DNA of 63,334 nucleotides, filler included, from Bipalium vagum (Eukaryota): assembly GCA_037834085.1 (NCBI GenBank). It is 3 parts of 3 records of this genome, joined end to end, with 100 filler letters (N's around TTAATTAATTAA, not from the genome) between each part and the next. Parts side by side here need not be neighbours in the genome. Positions count along the whole stretch, not along the records: positions 1 to 16,077 come from JBBMKC010128231.1; positions 16,178 to 41,284 come from JBBMKC010197164.1; 1 more part is not named here. One strand, given 5' to 3'. The position numbers and the translations under genes were made by a program. Below, piece after piece: positions 14,021-26,502 of this stretch. Within the stretch, counting starts at the first letter, position 1. Every line of letters starts with the position of its first letter. Below the pieces are notes generated by a model that had not been told where the DNA came from, made no database searches, and saw only the letters and a list, made by a program, of their open reading frames with translations.

Positions 14021-16004
14021 AGAGTTCTATTTTGATGAAGAAAATATTTTTTTTTAAAAAATTTTAAAAATTAAATCATGAAGGTGACAATAATCATCAA
14101 AACTCAAAAAAAGATTAAATAAAATAATTTTTTGTTAATTTAGATAGATTTTTTCTGAAGAAATTAATTCAAATTTTTCTTTTCTAATATTGATTAAGAT
14201 CAATATTGGGGATTTTGGCAATATATTTCTATAAAATAAATTAAAATATATTCACTTTTCATTGAATATTGAAATAATAATCCAATATTTTTTGCCATTA
14301 AAATAAATTCCGCAATATTAAAATACCAACCACAATGAAAATTTAAAGGAAAGAGGTATATTAAAAGGACCACGAGTTAAAATATCCACCAGATTATGGA
14401 AGATTTTCGAAGAGAAATTGACAGTATCTTTGCAGATGGTCATTATTACCATTTCAGTTTAATTATTATTTAATAAGTCAACTGAGCTGGAATAACAGAA
14501 TAAATTTTCAATTTTTTATTAAATATTTTTTATCTAAGTCTTTTTAGAGCACGATAAAAAGAAGAGTATGGCACTGTGCAATTAAAAGACAAGAAATCAA
14601 TTAATTAATGTATATAAAATTATTTTATAGGTCATGTATTAATTTGTTTTTCTGAAACAGAGATTTTGATAGATTAAGACGGGTTTTTTCAAATAAATTA
14701 CACCAAGGTCATATTTTTCAATTACCGTAGACTTAATGGAAAAATTGAAAATTTTTAAAAGTATATTTGAATATTTATTTTTATTAAGATATATAATAAA
14801 TAACATGATAATAATAACAAATAATAAATCTCATAATTGTTTTGCAAGTCACTATTACAGAATTCTTATATAATATATATGGTTTTTTATTGATTTTTAT
14901 GGAATGAAAACACTAAGTGATCTAATCTTGTACTCGCGACCTATTTGGGATTTAATGATTTTTTGTACAATCATCGGGAATAAAGGTTTTGTCTTGTCAT
15001 TGTGCCATTTTTCCCTCTGTAGTTACATTTTTTTTACTGTAATTATCAATCAGGGGTAGGAGTTGAAGACAAAAATACCAATACAATTTCAAACATTCTA
15101 CTTATCGCAGCAAAAACATTTAAAAATTTTTAATTCATTATACATCATACTGGGTAGCGTTAAGCAACCTTACAGCATTTCGGGATTATAGATATTATTT
15201 CTATGATGAAGAAAAATTTACCTCGTGACGTAATTAAAAGAACTGCCGTTTCTAATTAGTAATAACCATCGTTTTATAGTCTATGTTATAGGGGTTAATT
15301 TTTTCATAATGAAACAACCAATAAAATGTATTTTAAACTAAAGAATATTAAAAAAGAACATGTAATGAAAATTTTCTTACTTCAATAGTTAAAACATGAA
15401 TTGAGAAATCCCAGTGAGTTTTGTGATTAAATATCAAAGTTTGGCCTTGTTCAGTTTCTAATAAGAAAAATATATCTTGTATATCAGACTTTTATATTAC
15501 AATTACGATTTCATAACATTAAAAGATATACTTAGTTACTTAGGGTTATGAGATAAAACCATTTTACAGAGGGCATCCCCAAATAGTGAGAAAAAATATT
15601 AAAATGGTCGCAGAACTATAAAGCCTGAGAACAGCTAAAGTAAATAATTTTCCTTGATCTCCTTTAACATACTTAAGCCTTATTATATTATACAGCAAAA
15701 GTACAATTAAAGTATAATTTGCAACCATTTTGAGCGAGAATTGTGTGAAAATATTTTGCTTATGTATTAAATTTTCAGATATCATCTAACTAAATGAAGA
15801 CCAATTATTTTTTTATCTAATTAAATATCAAAATAAAATCAATTTTTTGAGATTATTAACTTTATCACGTTGCTCCTTTAAAAATATTTTTATTATTGAA
15901 AAATAAGATTTTAAAAATGTTGAACAATTAAAAATATTTTCTGAATTTTCAATTTTTAATTGTAAAATTCTTTACCATTTGTTATCAAAAATGCTAAATG
16001 AAAA

Positions 16005-16007
<3 letters not shown>

Positions 16008-16077
<70 letters not shown>
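16008..16077. repeat. (TTA)n microsatellite at end of contig 1
   Basis: Perfect TTA repeat running into the gap. Confidence 0.95.
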
Positions 16078-16177
16078 NNNNNNNNNNNNNNNNNNNNNNN
16101 NNNNNNNNNNNNNNNNNNNNNTTAATTAATTAANNNNNNNNNNNNNNNNNNNNNNNNNNNNNNNNNNNNNNNNNNNN
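16078..16177. other. Artificial contig-join spacer (44 N + TTAATTAATTAA + 44 N)
   Basis: Exactly 100 nt; the palindromic 12-mer gives stops in all six frames. Same structure at 41285. Confidence 0.97.

Positions 16178-16250
<73 letters not shown>
16178..16250. repeat. (AAT)n microsatellite at start of contig 2
   Basis: Perfect AAT repeat. Confidence 0.95.
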
Positions 16251-16252
<2 letters not shown>

Positions 16253-16429
16253 CTCAAATTAATTGTACAGCAAATATTTAATGATTAAAATATGAACTGT
16301 TGTGGTTGATTATATTAGGTAGCTAGTATGACTCCGCTACTTAGAGTTTTTAAAATCAATGACAAAGGATAAAAATGAAAAAAGAAAATGATTTTTTCAT
16401 TAAATTTACATTTCATTTACATTGTTACT

Positions 16430-17555
16430 AACAATGTTTTCCCAAAATTTGGATAATTTGTGAATTCATTCATAGAAAAATTGATGATGTTTTGACCAAT
16501 TTTTTCATTTTTGAAAATCTTCATAAATCTTGAATCTGCGCTAAGACAGACTGTGTTCGATGCGCCGGGACTAGTGATACTGCGGGTGACAAAATACTTA
16601 TCTTTTTCAGGTCTTTTAATTTGTCTTTCACAATTTTGACAACATGAGGCCGAGTGTTTCATGTAGCAATATGACTTTCACTTGATTGGCAGACTATTCT
16701 CGTCGTTTCCCATGAGTTCCTGATTTAAAAGCATTACTTGATTTTCATAACAAATGCCGATAACCGTTTCTCCTGGTTTCAGTATTTTATATTAAATGAT
16801 ACCTTTTTGGTCTCACAATATAGGCAAATAACACTGTATCCATAAAAATTACGTTTTGCTCTTACATTTTTTCGGCTGGCCAGGATTAATTCTTGGTGCT
16901 TTACCCTGATGATTGCTAAAATAAACACACTTTACACCTTCAATGGCGATACAATTGAGAAAAGATTTTCCTTTATTTTTAAGTCAAAATTTCGCAAGTT
17001 GTCTTTTCTTTTCTTTCGCTTAATTCTTAACACCCTCTTTCCTTCCTTCTGAATCTTTCATATATCACGCAACAGGTTTGAAATCTCTAGTTACGTTTCA
17101 CTTAAGCAATTGTTCGTACGTCTCAGTTTCGTATTTATCCAATACCACCAGTAGTTCACCATCTACCATTTTATTGTTGGTCTTCTATGCTCTTTATTAT
17201 CCTTTCACAGCAAATCAATCGGTTTCGAATTCTTGAAACCATTTTTGACAGGTTCTTTTAGATAACACTAAGTTGTTAAGCCTCTACAATGAATTTATGT
17301 GCATTGGTAGCCATTTTTTTCAAAATAAACATGAAAATTGAAATTTTATGTTATGTTCATACAAAACACGTTTTCCAGGTTGAAATATTTTGATCTAAAA
17401 TGTAAAATTTAAAATTATGTATAATAATTTTGAAAATTGCAGCATAGTAGAGCTTTAACTGCACTACAGATAAACAACGTTATTTTGAATTATTTCTTCG
17501 TTAAAAATAATAATGAACATAATTAAAATCGACATATTCATACTTGTAAACGTAA
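16430..17555 (-). mobile_element. Decayed Mos1-like mariner
   Basis: 5' TIR (rc TA-ttacgtttacaagtatgaatatgtc) resembles mauritiana-type ends. Minus-strand transposase relics include CQKWFQEFE, YELLKPGETVIG-like and LHETLGLM/PHVVK (HDNARPHV). Confidence 0.75.
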
Positions 17556-18863
17556 TAATTTCGATTTTCTATGATAAAATGAAGAACTGTTTTAACATTA
17601 GTAATTTTGTGTACATTGAAATTTTCTTATTTTATGAAATGTTAATTTAATTTCTAATTTTGTCAAGAATTTTTAACTCCATCTTACGTTCCAGCAGGTA
17701 AATAAAAAGGATTTTTGCTGTACTTTTATGCTATTTTTTAAACGCTATGGCTATCCAATAGAGATTTTAAAAACATTGATTTTCGTTATATGAACTGAAT
17801 TTGTCACTGAAACCTTTTCTGGTATCTTTTTAATGCGTATATGGCCTCACTGCTGTGATTTTTACATTTGTGATCCGCTAAAATCAATTATGTTTTGTGT
17901 TTGATGTGAGCCTATGTTTTAGGTCATGTCAAATCAATGGCTGACAAGATTGACAAAAGAGCTATTCCACGATCTCAGAGGTTGGTTATTTTAATTGATT
18001 ATTTTTCTTTTTATTGATAATTATCTTGCTTTGGTAATATTAACAGACAGATTTTTTGCCAGGTGGCAGACTATTTTATCGATTTATCATTATTATTTTA
18101 TTATTTAATTTCATTGTTTCCAAGCGATTTATTTTCTCTAACATTTATTAGTTATTTTGGACTATTTATTCGATTAAGAAAAAAGTCATTTGTTAAATGA
18201 ATCTTTATTTCATTCATTTAGCTTACGGAAAGCAATCGGTAGATTTAGGTAATCATTGTATAAATGACTTTTATCGTGTTATATTAATTATTCTGGCATT
18301 GGCTTTGCGTTTATTTTTGATTTTGTGGATTTGGTTATTTTAATATTTTGCAATTTTTTCCATGTTTGTCGTGTTTAATGCTTTTCGGTTGTTCTCACTA
18401 ACACCAACGACCATGATAGCTCAGATGATGATAATGTTTCATTTACATTCAACAATCTTTTCCTTTCGAGATACAATGGATTTCAAAAATTGATTTTAAT
18501 AAAGTAATGTCAATTCAGTTCCTTTCAGTGCGATGAATAAGATGGTTTATTAGCAAAGGTACTTAAGCTTAGATGTCTTTTTATTTCTATATAAACTAGG
18601 TGGCCCAGATTTGCCATAAATATATCAAAAGAGATTAGTCTTGTATTAATAAGTCATTAAATGTCTTGAGAAATTATTATAAATTTTCTTGAAAAACTAT
18701 TATTAAAAAATTATTATCATTATTATTAATGAGTTTGTAGCTTTCATTTCCAAGCAGACTTTCATAAATCATTTATCTTTGAAAATCTAAAATAATTGAT
18801 TTTTGGTTCTTCTGAATTTTTGATTAAAAATGGCATGAAATACTCTTTTCTATTGATTTAATA

Positions 18864-19232
18864 ATGGATCTTTTCAATGAAAGCATGCATGATTGTGTGA
18901 TGTTTAAAGAAAAGAATTTCTACTTTTTCCAAAGTATTGAAAAAAAGTCACAGATTTGCTTTCTAATTTTATGTATCACTTTTATTGATCTCAGTAATAA
19001 TAAAGAGGAAAAGAATATTGTAAAGACAAAACCTTCATCTTCAAGCGGTCTGATAATAGAATCGTCTGGCGGTTGTTGTAATCAAAATAGCAACTCATTT
19101 CGATCGCTTTTGAAGTTAATTTTAGCACTCAATGGTACTAATACTGATGAATTTTATTAATGATCCGCTGTTTATTTGCCAGATTCAGTTTGGATGAGAT
19201 TGAGCTACCTTTTTTATTATACTGTGCTTTGA
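18864..19232 (+). CDS. Candidate spliced coding segment of unknown function
   Basis: 98-aa ORF. Apparent exon 18995-19134, 48-nt GT-AG intron 19135-19182, terminal exon ...DSVWMRLSYLFYYTVL*. Other exon-like GT/AG-bounded blocks near 17920-18560 were not resolved. Confidence 0.3.
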
Positions 19233-19652
19233 CAGTTTTATGTTGATGATATTATTAATTTTAATAATAAATATTTTTAAATTTTATTGAGAAGCAATTA
19301 TGTTAACAAAAATTAATCAATTTCTTCAACCATAGAAAAATATTTTTTTGCTTATTGTTATCAAAATAATCACAGAAATGATTTGGCTGCATTTTTCTGT
19401 TTTCACCAAAGTCTTATGTGATCAAGCGTGATTGCATTTTCATTGTGAAGCTTTAGTGACAAGCTATTTTTAATGTTTCATTAGAAATTGAAAATAATAT
19501 CCTCGTGATAACTGAACTTTTTTCAATGTTGTCCCGAAGTTTCGTTTTTAAAGAAAAAATAATAAAAATGTAAAATCACGTTTTTTTTGTTTACATTGAG
19601 AATATGAACTCTGTTGATTTTTCAAATGACTTCTAAGGATTTGTCTGTGTAG

Positions 19653-20170
19653 AATTTACAGGACATTGAATATATTAGGTACTCTGATGAAAAGAAAGGT
19701 CACTTTAACATTTTAAAGTAAATGATGACAATGTCTGAAAAATTATTCCTACAAACCCAGTGGAATCAATTTTAAATTTGATTATATTCTCAATAGGCTG
19801 AACTGAAGTTATTCGAAATATTGGGTTATATAGATTTTTTTTACATGTTGGAATCTTCCATAAATCCAAAAATAATTTACCTAGTTATCTGGATTGATAT
19901 ATGAAAGTCTTTAATCTTTTTGATATTTATGAAGAGGATTTAATCAATTTTCGACCTTTTCTCAACTTAATAAAATCAAATGTTATCTGCTCATATTGCT
20001 TGACAATGGATGGTTATTTGAAAACGTCGGAGATTTTTGGGGAATTATTGACCTAAATAATATATTCCAATGAGTTTATACGTGATAAAAATTTCATATA
20101 ATATAAAATTAATCAAAGAAAACCTCAAGTTGATTGTTATCAATATTCACACATATCTGTTTCTTATTGA
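19653..20170 (+). pseudogene. Possible decayed coding sequence
   Basis: NLQDIEYIRYSDEKKGHFNIL|intron|NGINFKFDYILNRL, a 1-nt shift, then one frame (EVIRNIGLYRFF...DGYLKTSEIFGELLT...HISVSY) broken only by isolated TGA/TAA. Confidence 0.3.
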
Positions 20171-20672
20171 ATAATATATTTTCTTTCTTTTCATTGCATG
20201 TCGAGGTTTGTCTTATCTTCTTTTCGCCCATATTTCTTTGTGAAAATATGTTTTTGTGCACATTTCTTGCATGTTACACAACACTTGTATAATTTTTGGA
20301 AAATCAAATTTTATGTAAACTAACAAATTGAGCTGACGAAATATTTTGAGAAACATGATGAAAAGATGTCGGAAGGGGCCCATTGTGTGAAGCATCGGCG
20401 AAGGGATTGTTAGGGTAGTGAGACGATGATAATAATAACATTGTCACAGAAAAGCATACAATATTGAGATTTATTATTAATATTTACTGAGCTGTAATTA
20501 TTGTGAAAGTTCGGAAAACTTTTTTCTCTAAATCTCATTAGTGATATCACTATTTAAAAATAATTTCAGACAGTTGTTTCGGTGTACTTTGCATTTGTCT
20601 TTATTAGTTAGAAAATAGGTCTGGACACTCGTCATGTTTCTTAAAGTATAATTTTAATAAGTTGTCCTTCTA

Positions 20673-21711
20673 ATGAAAAAGATTCGTGAAACAGTGTCAA
20701 CGGTTTTGATTGCCGATAAGTAGAGGAAATTTTCCATTTATTACGCTTAAGCTTAACTGACATTTTCCTTCGGTCGTCTAAAACGTTAATAAATTACAGT
20801 GAGAATAGCATAGAAAGAAGCACTTTACCCCGGGCCACTAAGCGTGCTTCGGAATCGGTGCATGTGCAGGATCTTATTCAGGATTCGGTTCTGTGGTCCA
20901 AGGATGAAGATATGATGTTGGGAGAAACGTTTGAAGCCGATAAAGAGCTGGAATCATTTCCTGATCACGTTCGTAATTTATTTTCGTTCACTGTTGTGAT
21001 TTTTTGACCGACTTGTAGTTGAAAAAAGATCAGGACAAAGCCCAATATACGCGATTGCTCGTTCTCATGGAGTTTCATCACAAGACCAAATTCACTGTGA
21101 TGACACTTAAACGTTTCGATTATCTTTTGATTAAATCATGGCCATCCTCAGACAACCTCTTGTTCAATACTCTCAGTCTCAACTGCATCGTTCCACTTTA
21201 TAATTTGATAAGTAAGTACATTTACTACACGGGCTTGTTTACTTTTAACATGCAATTCTCTTTGATTTCATTGATCTTTTTCAGAGAAGCTTGTCAATAC
21301 AATTGAATCGTGTCGAATGAGATCAACCTTCACTGCCGATACGGCCAATAAAGTTTACCAATGGGTTAGCAATATTGATCTTTTGGTTTTCAATTCGATA
21401 TATTTCTTGTTCAGCTCATTAGCAACGGTGAGTCTAATCTGCAACAGTGGCTGAAGTATAGTATTGATTTGTGCTGCACTAATTCGCTGTTGATGGTGAA
21501 GAATACGTGGAAAGATTATCGGAAATCCGATCAGAAATTCTCACAAGTCTTGAACAGGCAATTCAACAAAATGGTCATGGTCGAGCAGTTGTCAAACATG
21601 AGACCGTTGTTGTTCAATTTCCCGCTGATTATCAGTAAACTGGTGAGAGATCTCAGCAAGTTCTCGCAATTTAAAGGTAGCAAGGAAGAGTGTGAACCTA
21701 TAGTTTTCTGA
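20673..21711 (+). CDS. Gene A: 5-exon, about 277 aa; putative divergent RFX-family B/C-domain protein
   Basis: Exons 20673-20719, 20752-20968, 21019-21211, 21285-21364, 21415-21711. GT-AG introns of 32, 50, 73 and 50 nt keep the frame. Motifs ESFP, LLVLMEFHH...FD, YLLIKSW, NLQQWLKYSI and KFSQVLNRQ fall in order and spacing with RFX4-type PEFP, [9 protein letters not shown]...[18 protein letters not shown] and RFSQILRRQ (by eye). Gene structure is well supported; the start and the RFX assignment are less certain. Confidence 0.75.
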
Positions 21712-22846
21712 TTCATTGTAAATGCATTTATTATTTCCGGTTCTTTTGTTTGACGTACTTAAAAATATTAATTTGAATCAGAAAAGATGGAGAACTCGAT
21801 TAAGTAATAAAGTCGGTTTTGGGAAAGAGACACAAAAGGAAAACTAAATTATTTTGAGGCTCGAAACACAAAAATAAAGCTTGTAATCGAGAACCGAGTT
21901 CCACGTGGGACCTCTCGTTAAATAGAAACATGATCGGCTGGTTATTAAATATATCTGTAAAAGAAAAATTTCCACTTATCAAAAAAGAAAGTTCTTGTTC
22001 AGAAAATCTGTTATAATGAAAAATCAATTTTCCAAAGAGCAGCTAATATAAAATTTGGTCAAGAAAATAAAGTATAAACACGACCACTTTTGAACAGATT
22101 TTCAGAACTCTTTCACAAGCGATTCATCTAAACAATGTTTCTGTTGATCGTTTCTTTTTGGCTTTCGTTTGACATTACCATCAAAGACGCTACAACCTTT
22201 GATCTGTCAGTGTCAACCTGCCAAACTTTGTAACTTTACAATAAAATTTTTCTATTTTTATCGATTTAAATTTTTTTTTGTGCTTATTTAATTAATTTAA
22301 TTAATCGATGGGTGTATTAATTTAGCACTTTTTTAAAACCTGTTGCTTACATGTTGCTTAATTTAAATCGACTAATCAGAAGACTGTTTGAAAAAAAGGG
22401 GTTCGTGGAAAAATCGTCACTTTTCTCTTTAAATCTGAAAACATGTGCTAAGGTCATAACTTAATTGTGGTACCTTTTGAATTGGAAATTGTTTATCGAA
22501 CTTTTTCAGACTATTTAAGTCTCCAGTTAATTGGATATAAAGGTCAAGTAAGAGCATAAGTGAAAATTAGATTTAAAATCGATAAAGGTCCATGGAAAAC
22601 CTTAAAGAATTTGGATAAGAAATATTAGATTCTTTAACAGTGATATGTGCACAGTTAAATAGTTATAAAAGGTTTTTGAACTTAATTTAAAAGAAAGGGT
22701 AATTTCTATTTACCATTCGAAAACCAAAACACAAAGACATTGTTCATCGGATTATCATTACTGGTGAGGAGGAATATAGAAATTTTCGAAAAAAAAAGAA
22801 ATATTAATGAAGTTAGGTATTTAACGTTTTGTGATTTTATGACCTG

Positions 22847-23169
22847 ATGAAACAGGTGAGTGATCATCGTTGGTGCTTTTCGAAAAATAAAGTAGTTGTT
22901 TTACCTTTGAATCCAGCTGATGTGGAGTAAACCTGAAATGGCTGGCCTGATGATGAACACTATTTTGATCAGTGTGCGTCATTTAAATGATAAAATAATG
23001 CAGACATGTTTCTTCCATCGCTGCTTGTTACATTTTATAAAAACGTAATTTTTTTAACAACTTTATCAAGCAAATATTTAACTTTTTAAATAATTTGCCT
23101 TTAAAACATCAATACGATTTAATCAAATTTAGTTTGTTATGTTGATATTAATTCTACGTGTTAAAAATA

Positions 23170-23225
<56 letters not shown>

Positions 23226-26200
23226 ACAGAAGAAGTAAAGGTATGGAAGTGTGTATATGAGAAATTTAAATTACTACCGACATTTATCGACGAACACTGC
23301 ATGCCATTGGTACAGCTTATCAATAACGGAACAATCGTCAACAGTTTAGACAGATCTGGTTGGATCGGGAAGTTGAATGAAAACGATCCGTTTTATGTAT
23401 GATTTTATAAGACATCTTGACATTCATCTCCCATTCCTGTCTTTTAGAATTACATTATTGATTTTCCGAAAACTGCATTCCATTACAAACTGTTCGATTT
23501 TCAGGAAATAAGGATATCGAATTTTAGAGAAAGTGGCATCAAGGAGTTGCAGGTCGGTTATGTTTTATAGGTGCATGTTCTTGTTTAACGGAAAGTGTTC
23601 CATTTTTTGTGTTAGACTCCGGCTGTGTTCGTCAAGGAATCGTGCGAAGCTTATGCGATATGTTACGAGAATATTCTGGTTTTATTGCAAAAAGAAAACG
23701 AAAAATATGTTCTGAAACAATTCAAGGCTACTGCTGCCAAGTGCAGTCCGATTTTGACTCTGGACAACATGCACACCTCTAAAGGAGACAAAAAAGGTAT
23801 TTGCAAATCCTGTCATTGATTCCTCAACATTGGTTTTCTCTTTCATTACAGGCATGCTATACGAACTGACCCTGGTTTTCATTAATGTGGCTGTTCTCAC
23901 TCAAATTCTGTTCCATAAAAAGGATGTCATGGAAAGGTAATTTTTAAAACAGTTTTTTAAAGCTTGAATTTGATTGGTTGACCTTTAGGTGGCACAATTT
24001 TATTTTCAAAATGAAGAACAAGAACAATATTAAGAAAGTGTCAAACTTCACCAATGACATATGTAATAATAATAATAATAATTGTAATGCTAACATTAAT
24101 GAAAATGTTTCCCCGAAAAGTGCTGTTGCTCCCTATATCATTAATAATACTAATAATGTCAATAATGATGACGATGATAATAACGATAACAATAATAATG
24201 ATAATAATGCAAATGCTAATTTTACAATCATCGGTAATGCAAATATCATCAGCAACGATGACAACAGTATCGAGAATAAAGTGATTGAATTCTGTGACAG
24301 TGAGTTACACAATGGAAATGTTGACAAAGAAGCCATATTGTCAAACGGAGACTCGCCGTTGGCAAATGAAAACACTATGTTGACTGAGAATGACAACTCT
24401 GATATTAAAGTCTGTGATAATGTTAACAATGGTGATGATGCGGAAAACGTTTTAAATGACAAGGACAACTATCACCATTGTGAAGTTCTTGTGGAGAAGC
24501 TCGAAAATATGAAAGGTAAGCAAGTAATCCACTTGAAAATAATTTTTCATAAAATATATGTTCTACACTTTCAGAACCCGTTGACGATTATTTGTCTTGT
24601 GTTAATTTGCTGAAATTGATCAAACCAGACGAAGTAATTAAAATTCTATATATGAATTTAATGATTTTGTTAAGCATAATTATTTTTTCATTTATTTCAT
24701 AATTTTTATAACTATTATCGAATTTTATTGTATTATATTATTGATTATTTTGATTCGTTTATTTTTATTATTTCCTTTTTTATCAATTTTTTCTTTTTAT
24801 TATTATTATTATTAATTTATTATTGATTTATCATTATTATTAGTGAATGTAATACAAACATCTTTTTATCAATGTACCTCTATCATATCTTTATGTTTAT
24901 ATTGAATAGAGAAAAATTGGTTCATTAAGACAATATAATGAAATTACTCTTCTGTTGTTTAGTTTTATTTTATATTGAATCAATTTCCGATTGAAAACCG
25001 ATATTTTAATTACTTTGTTTTGTTTTAGTGTTGTGTTAGTCCCATAATTTTAATTGATTTATTCAAATTCATTTTTTATTGTCAGTGTTGAAAAAATTGA
25101 ATTTATTGAAAATTTAGTTTTTATAATGAATTGTTTTATGGATTTTTCTTTGAAAAGAGAAATCGCGTTGTTTTCCCTTTACTGCATAGCTTCAAAATTA
25201 TTTCAATTTTTATAAATGCAACAGATTATCTTACTTTGTTTCATGGTCTCTACAGGCAAATAAGTTTTTAAAAATAATATCTTTGGTTATAATTTCAAAT
25301 CCTTTTGAAGCATTAACAATAGTAGTGCCTAAGTTGGAAACGAACCGCGTCTAATTTAGATGCTTCATAATGTCTTCAATATGCATCTCTGTCGTGCGGA
25401 CTGAAAAGAAAAATGAGTATTCGGTCGGTCTAGTAGTCATAAAACATTACTGAAAACATTGATTATTTCTGCGTAAAACGAATCGAAAAAAATTTTTAAT
25501 TGATAAATAAATTTTATGAATTTATAATTTTTTGTTGTTACTAAATATAGATATTTTGGATGGTTAATTTAATTTAACTCCTACAGATCCCATGTGCAGA
25601 ATTATTATAATTTTGGGTGTATTATAACACTGTTATTTGAATTAATTTACTCAATCTGTGTGCGCATAAATCAAAATTTATTAAATGTTTATTTTCATAC
25701 ACGTAATGTCCTTCTTATCAATATTTAGTAAAGAATTTTTATCAGTTAAAAACTGTTCAGGTTTGAGAGTGTTTAACTAATTAAAAATTTCCAAGTCAGT
25801 TCCGATTTCTGAATGGTTTGGTCTGGTATAATAATGTCTATAAAAGTATGCAAAACTAGAGGATTGAGAGAAGCGTATTTGGAATTTTTGTATTTGTATT
25901 TTTCTCGCTTTGTTTTTCTAATTAAGTCAAGAGTATTTTGGATCGTTTATTCTCCATTTATTTTATGCTGAAAATTTTTTTTTAAAAAGTTGTCTCCGTT
26001 TCGAACCAATTGAAATGACTGATCATTTTTTATTTAATAACAAAACTGAATTCCAACTTTTCTTCATTGAATTTTTGTTTCTTAGAATGTTTTGTTTCCA
26101 AAACCCAATAATGCTTTCGAGCTTTTCCTAAGTACAACATACGATGCAGGAAGTCTCTTGAAATTGTGTAATGATGGTGGTTTCAGTGTAGAAATTTTGA

Positions 26201-26433
26201 ACAAGTTTTCGTTGTTGTCATTGTCATCGATGTCGTCTGAAACATCGAATTCAATTTTATCAGTCCCAATTGAATTATTAGATAAAATCCTTTCTTGTTT
26301 GTGGAACATGCAAAATAGGATCATTCATTGCAAGACTGTAAGAATTAGTTTTTTCAACAAAACCAATAGTATTTTTATTATTATTTAAATTATTAACTTT
26401 ATTATAAACATCGAATTTTGTATTATTAAATTA

Positions 26434-26502
<69 letters not shown>

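Noticed and set aside
1-16077. (TAA)n at the left and (TTA)n at the right as novel telomeres of a 16-kb mini-chromosome
   Set aside because: The same repeat occurs internally (23171, 26431) and such microsatellites commonly break assemblies; the window start need not be a contig start. Long reads ending in the repeat would be needed to revive the idea.
16078-16177. Palindromic TTAATTAATTAA inside N runs (also 41285-41384) as a biological site
   Set aside because: Identical 44+12+44 layout twice; it is an assembly spacer with six-frame stops. Adjacency across it is not evidence of linkage.
19684-19720. CTGATGA...GAAA as a minimal hammerhead ribozyme (also 22844 and 50164)
   Set aside because: Helices I and III cannot be formed around the core.
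19800-20412. Stop-codon reassignment (TAA=Gln) to explain frames broken by single stops
   Set aside because: The GPCR, PTP exons and genes A/B (over 1500 codons) have no in-frame TAA/TAG, use CAA/CAG for Gln and end in standard stops.
23129-24468. Poly-Leu/Ile/Asn ORFs 23129, 23139 (5' part), 24054 and 24133 as membrane or signal peptides
   Set aside because: They are alternate-frame or antisense readings of AAT microsatellites and of gene B exons.
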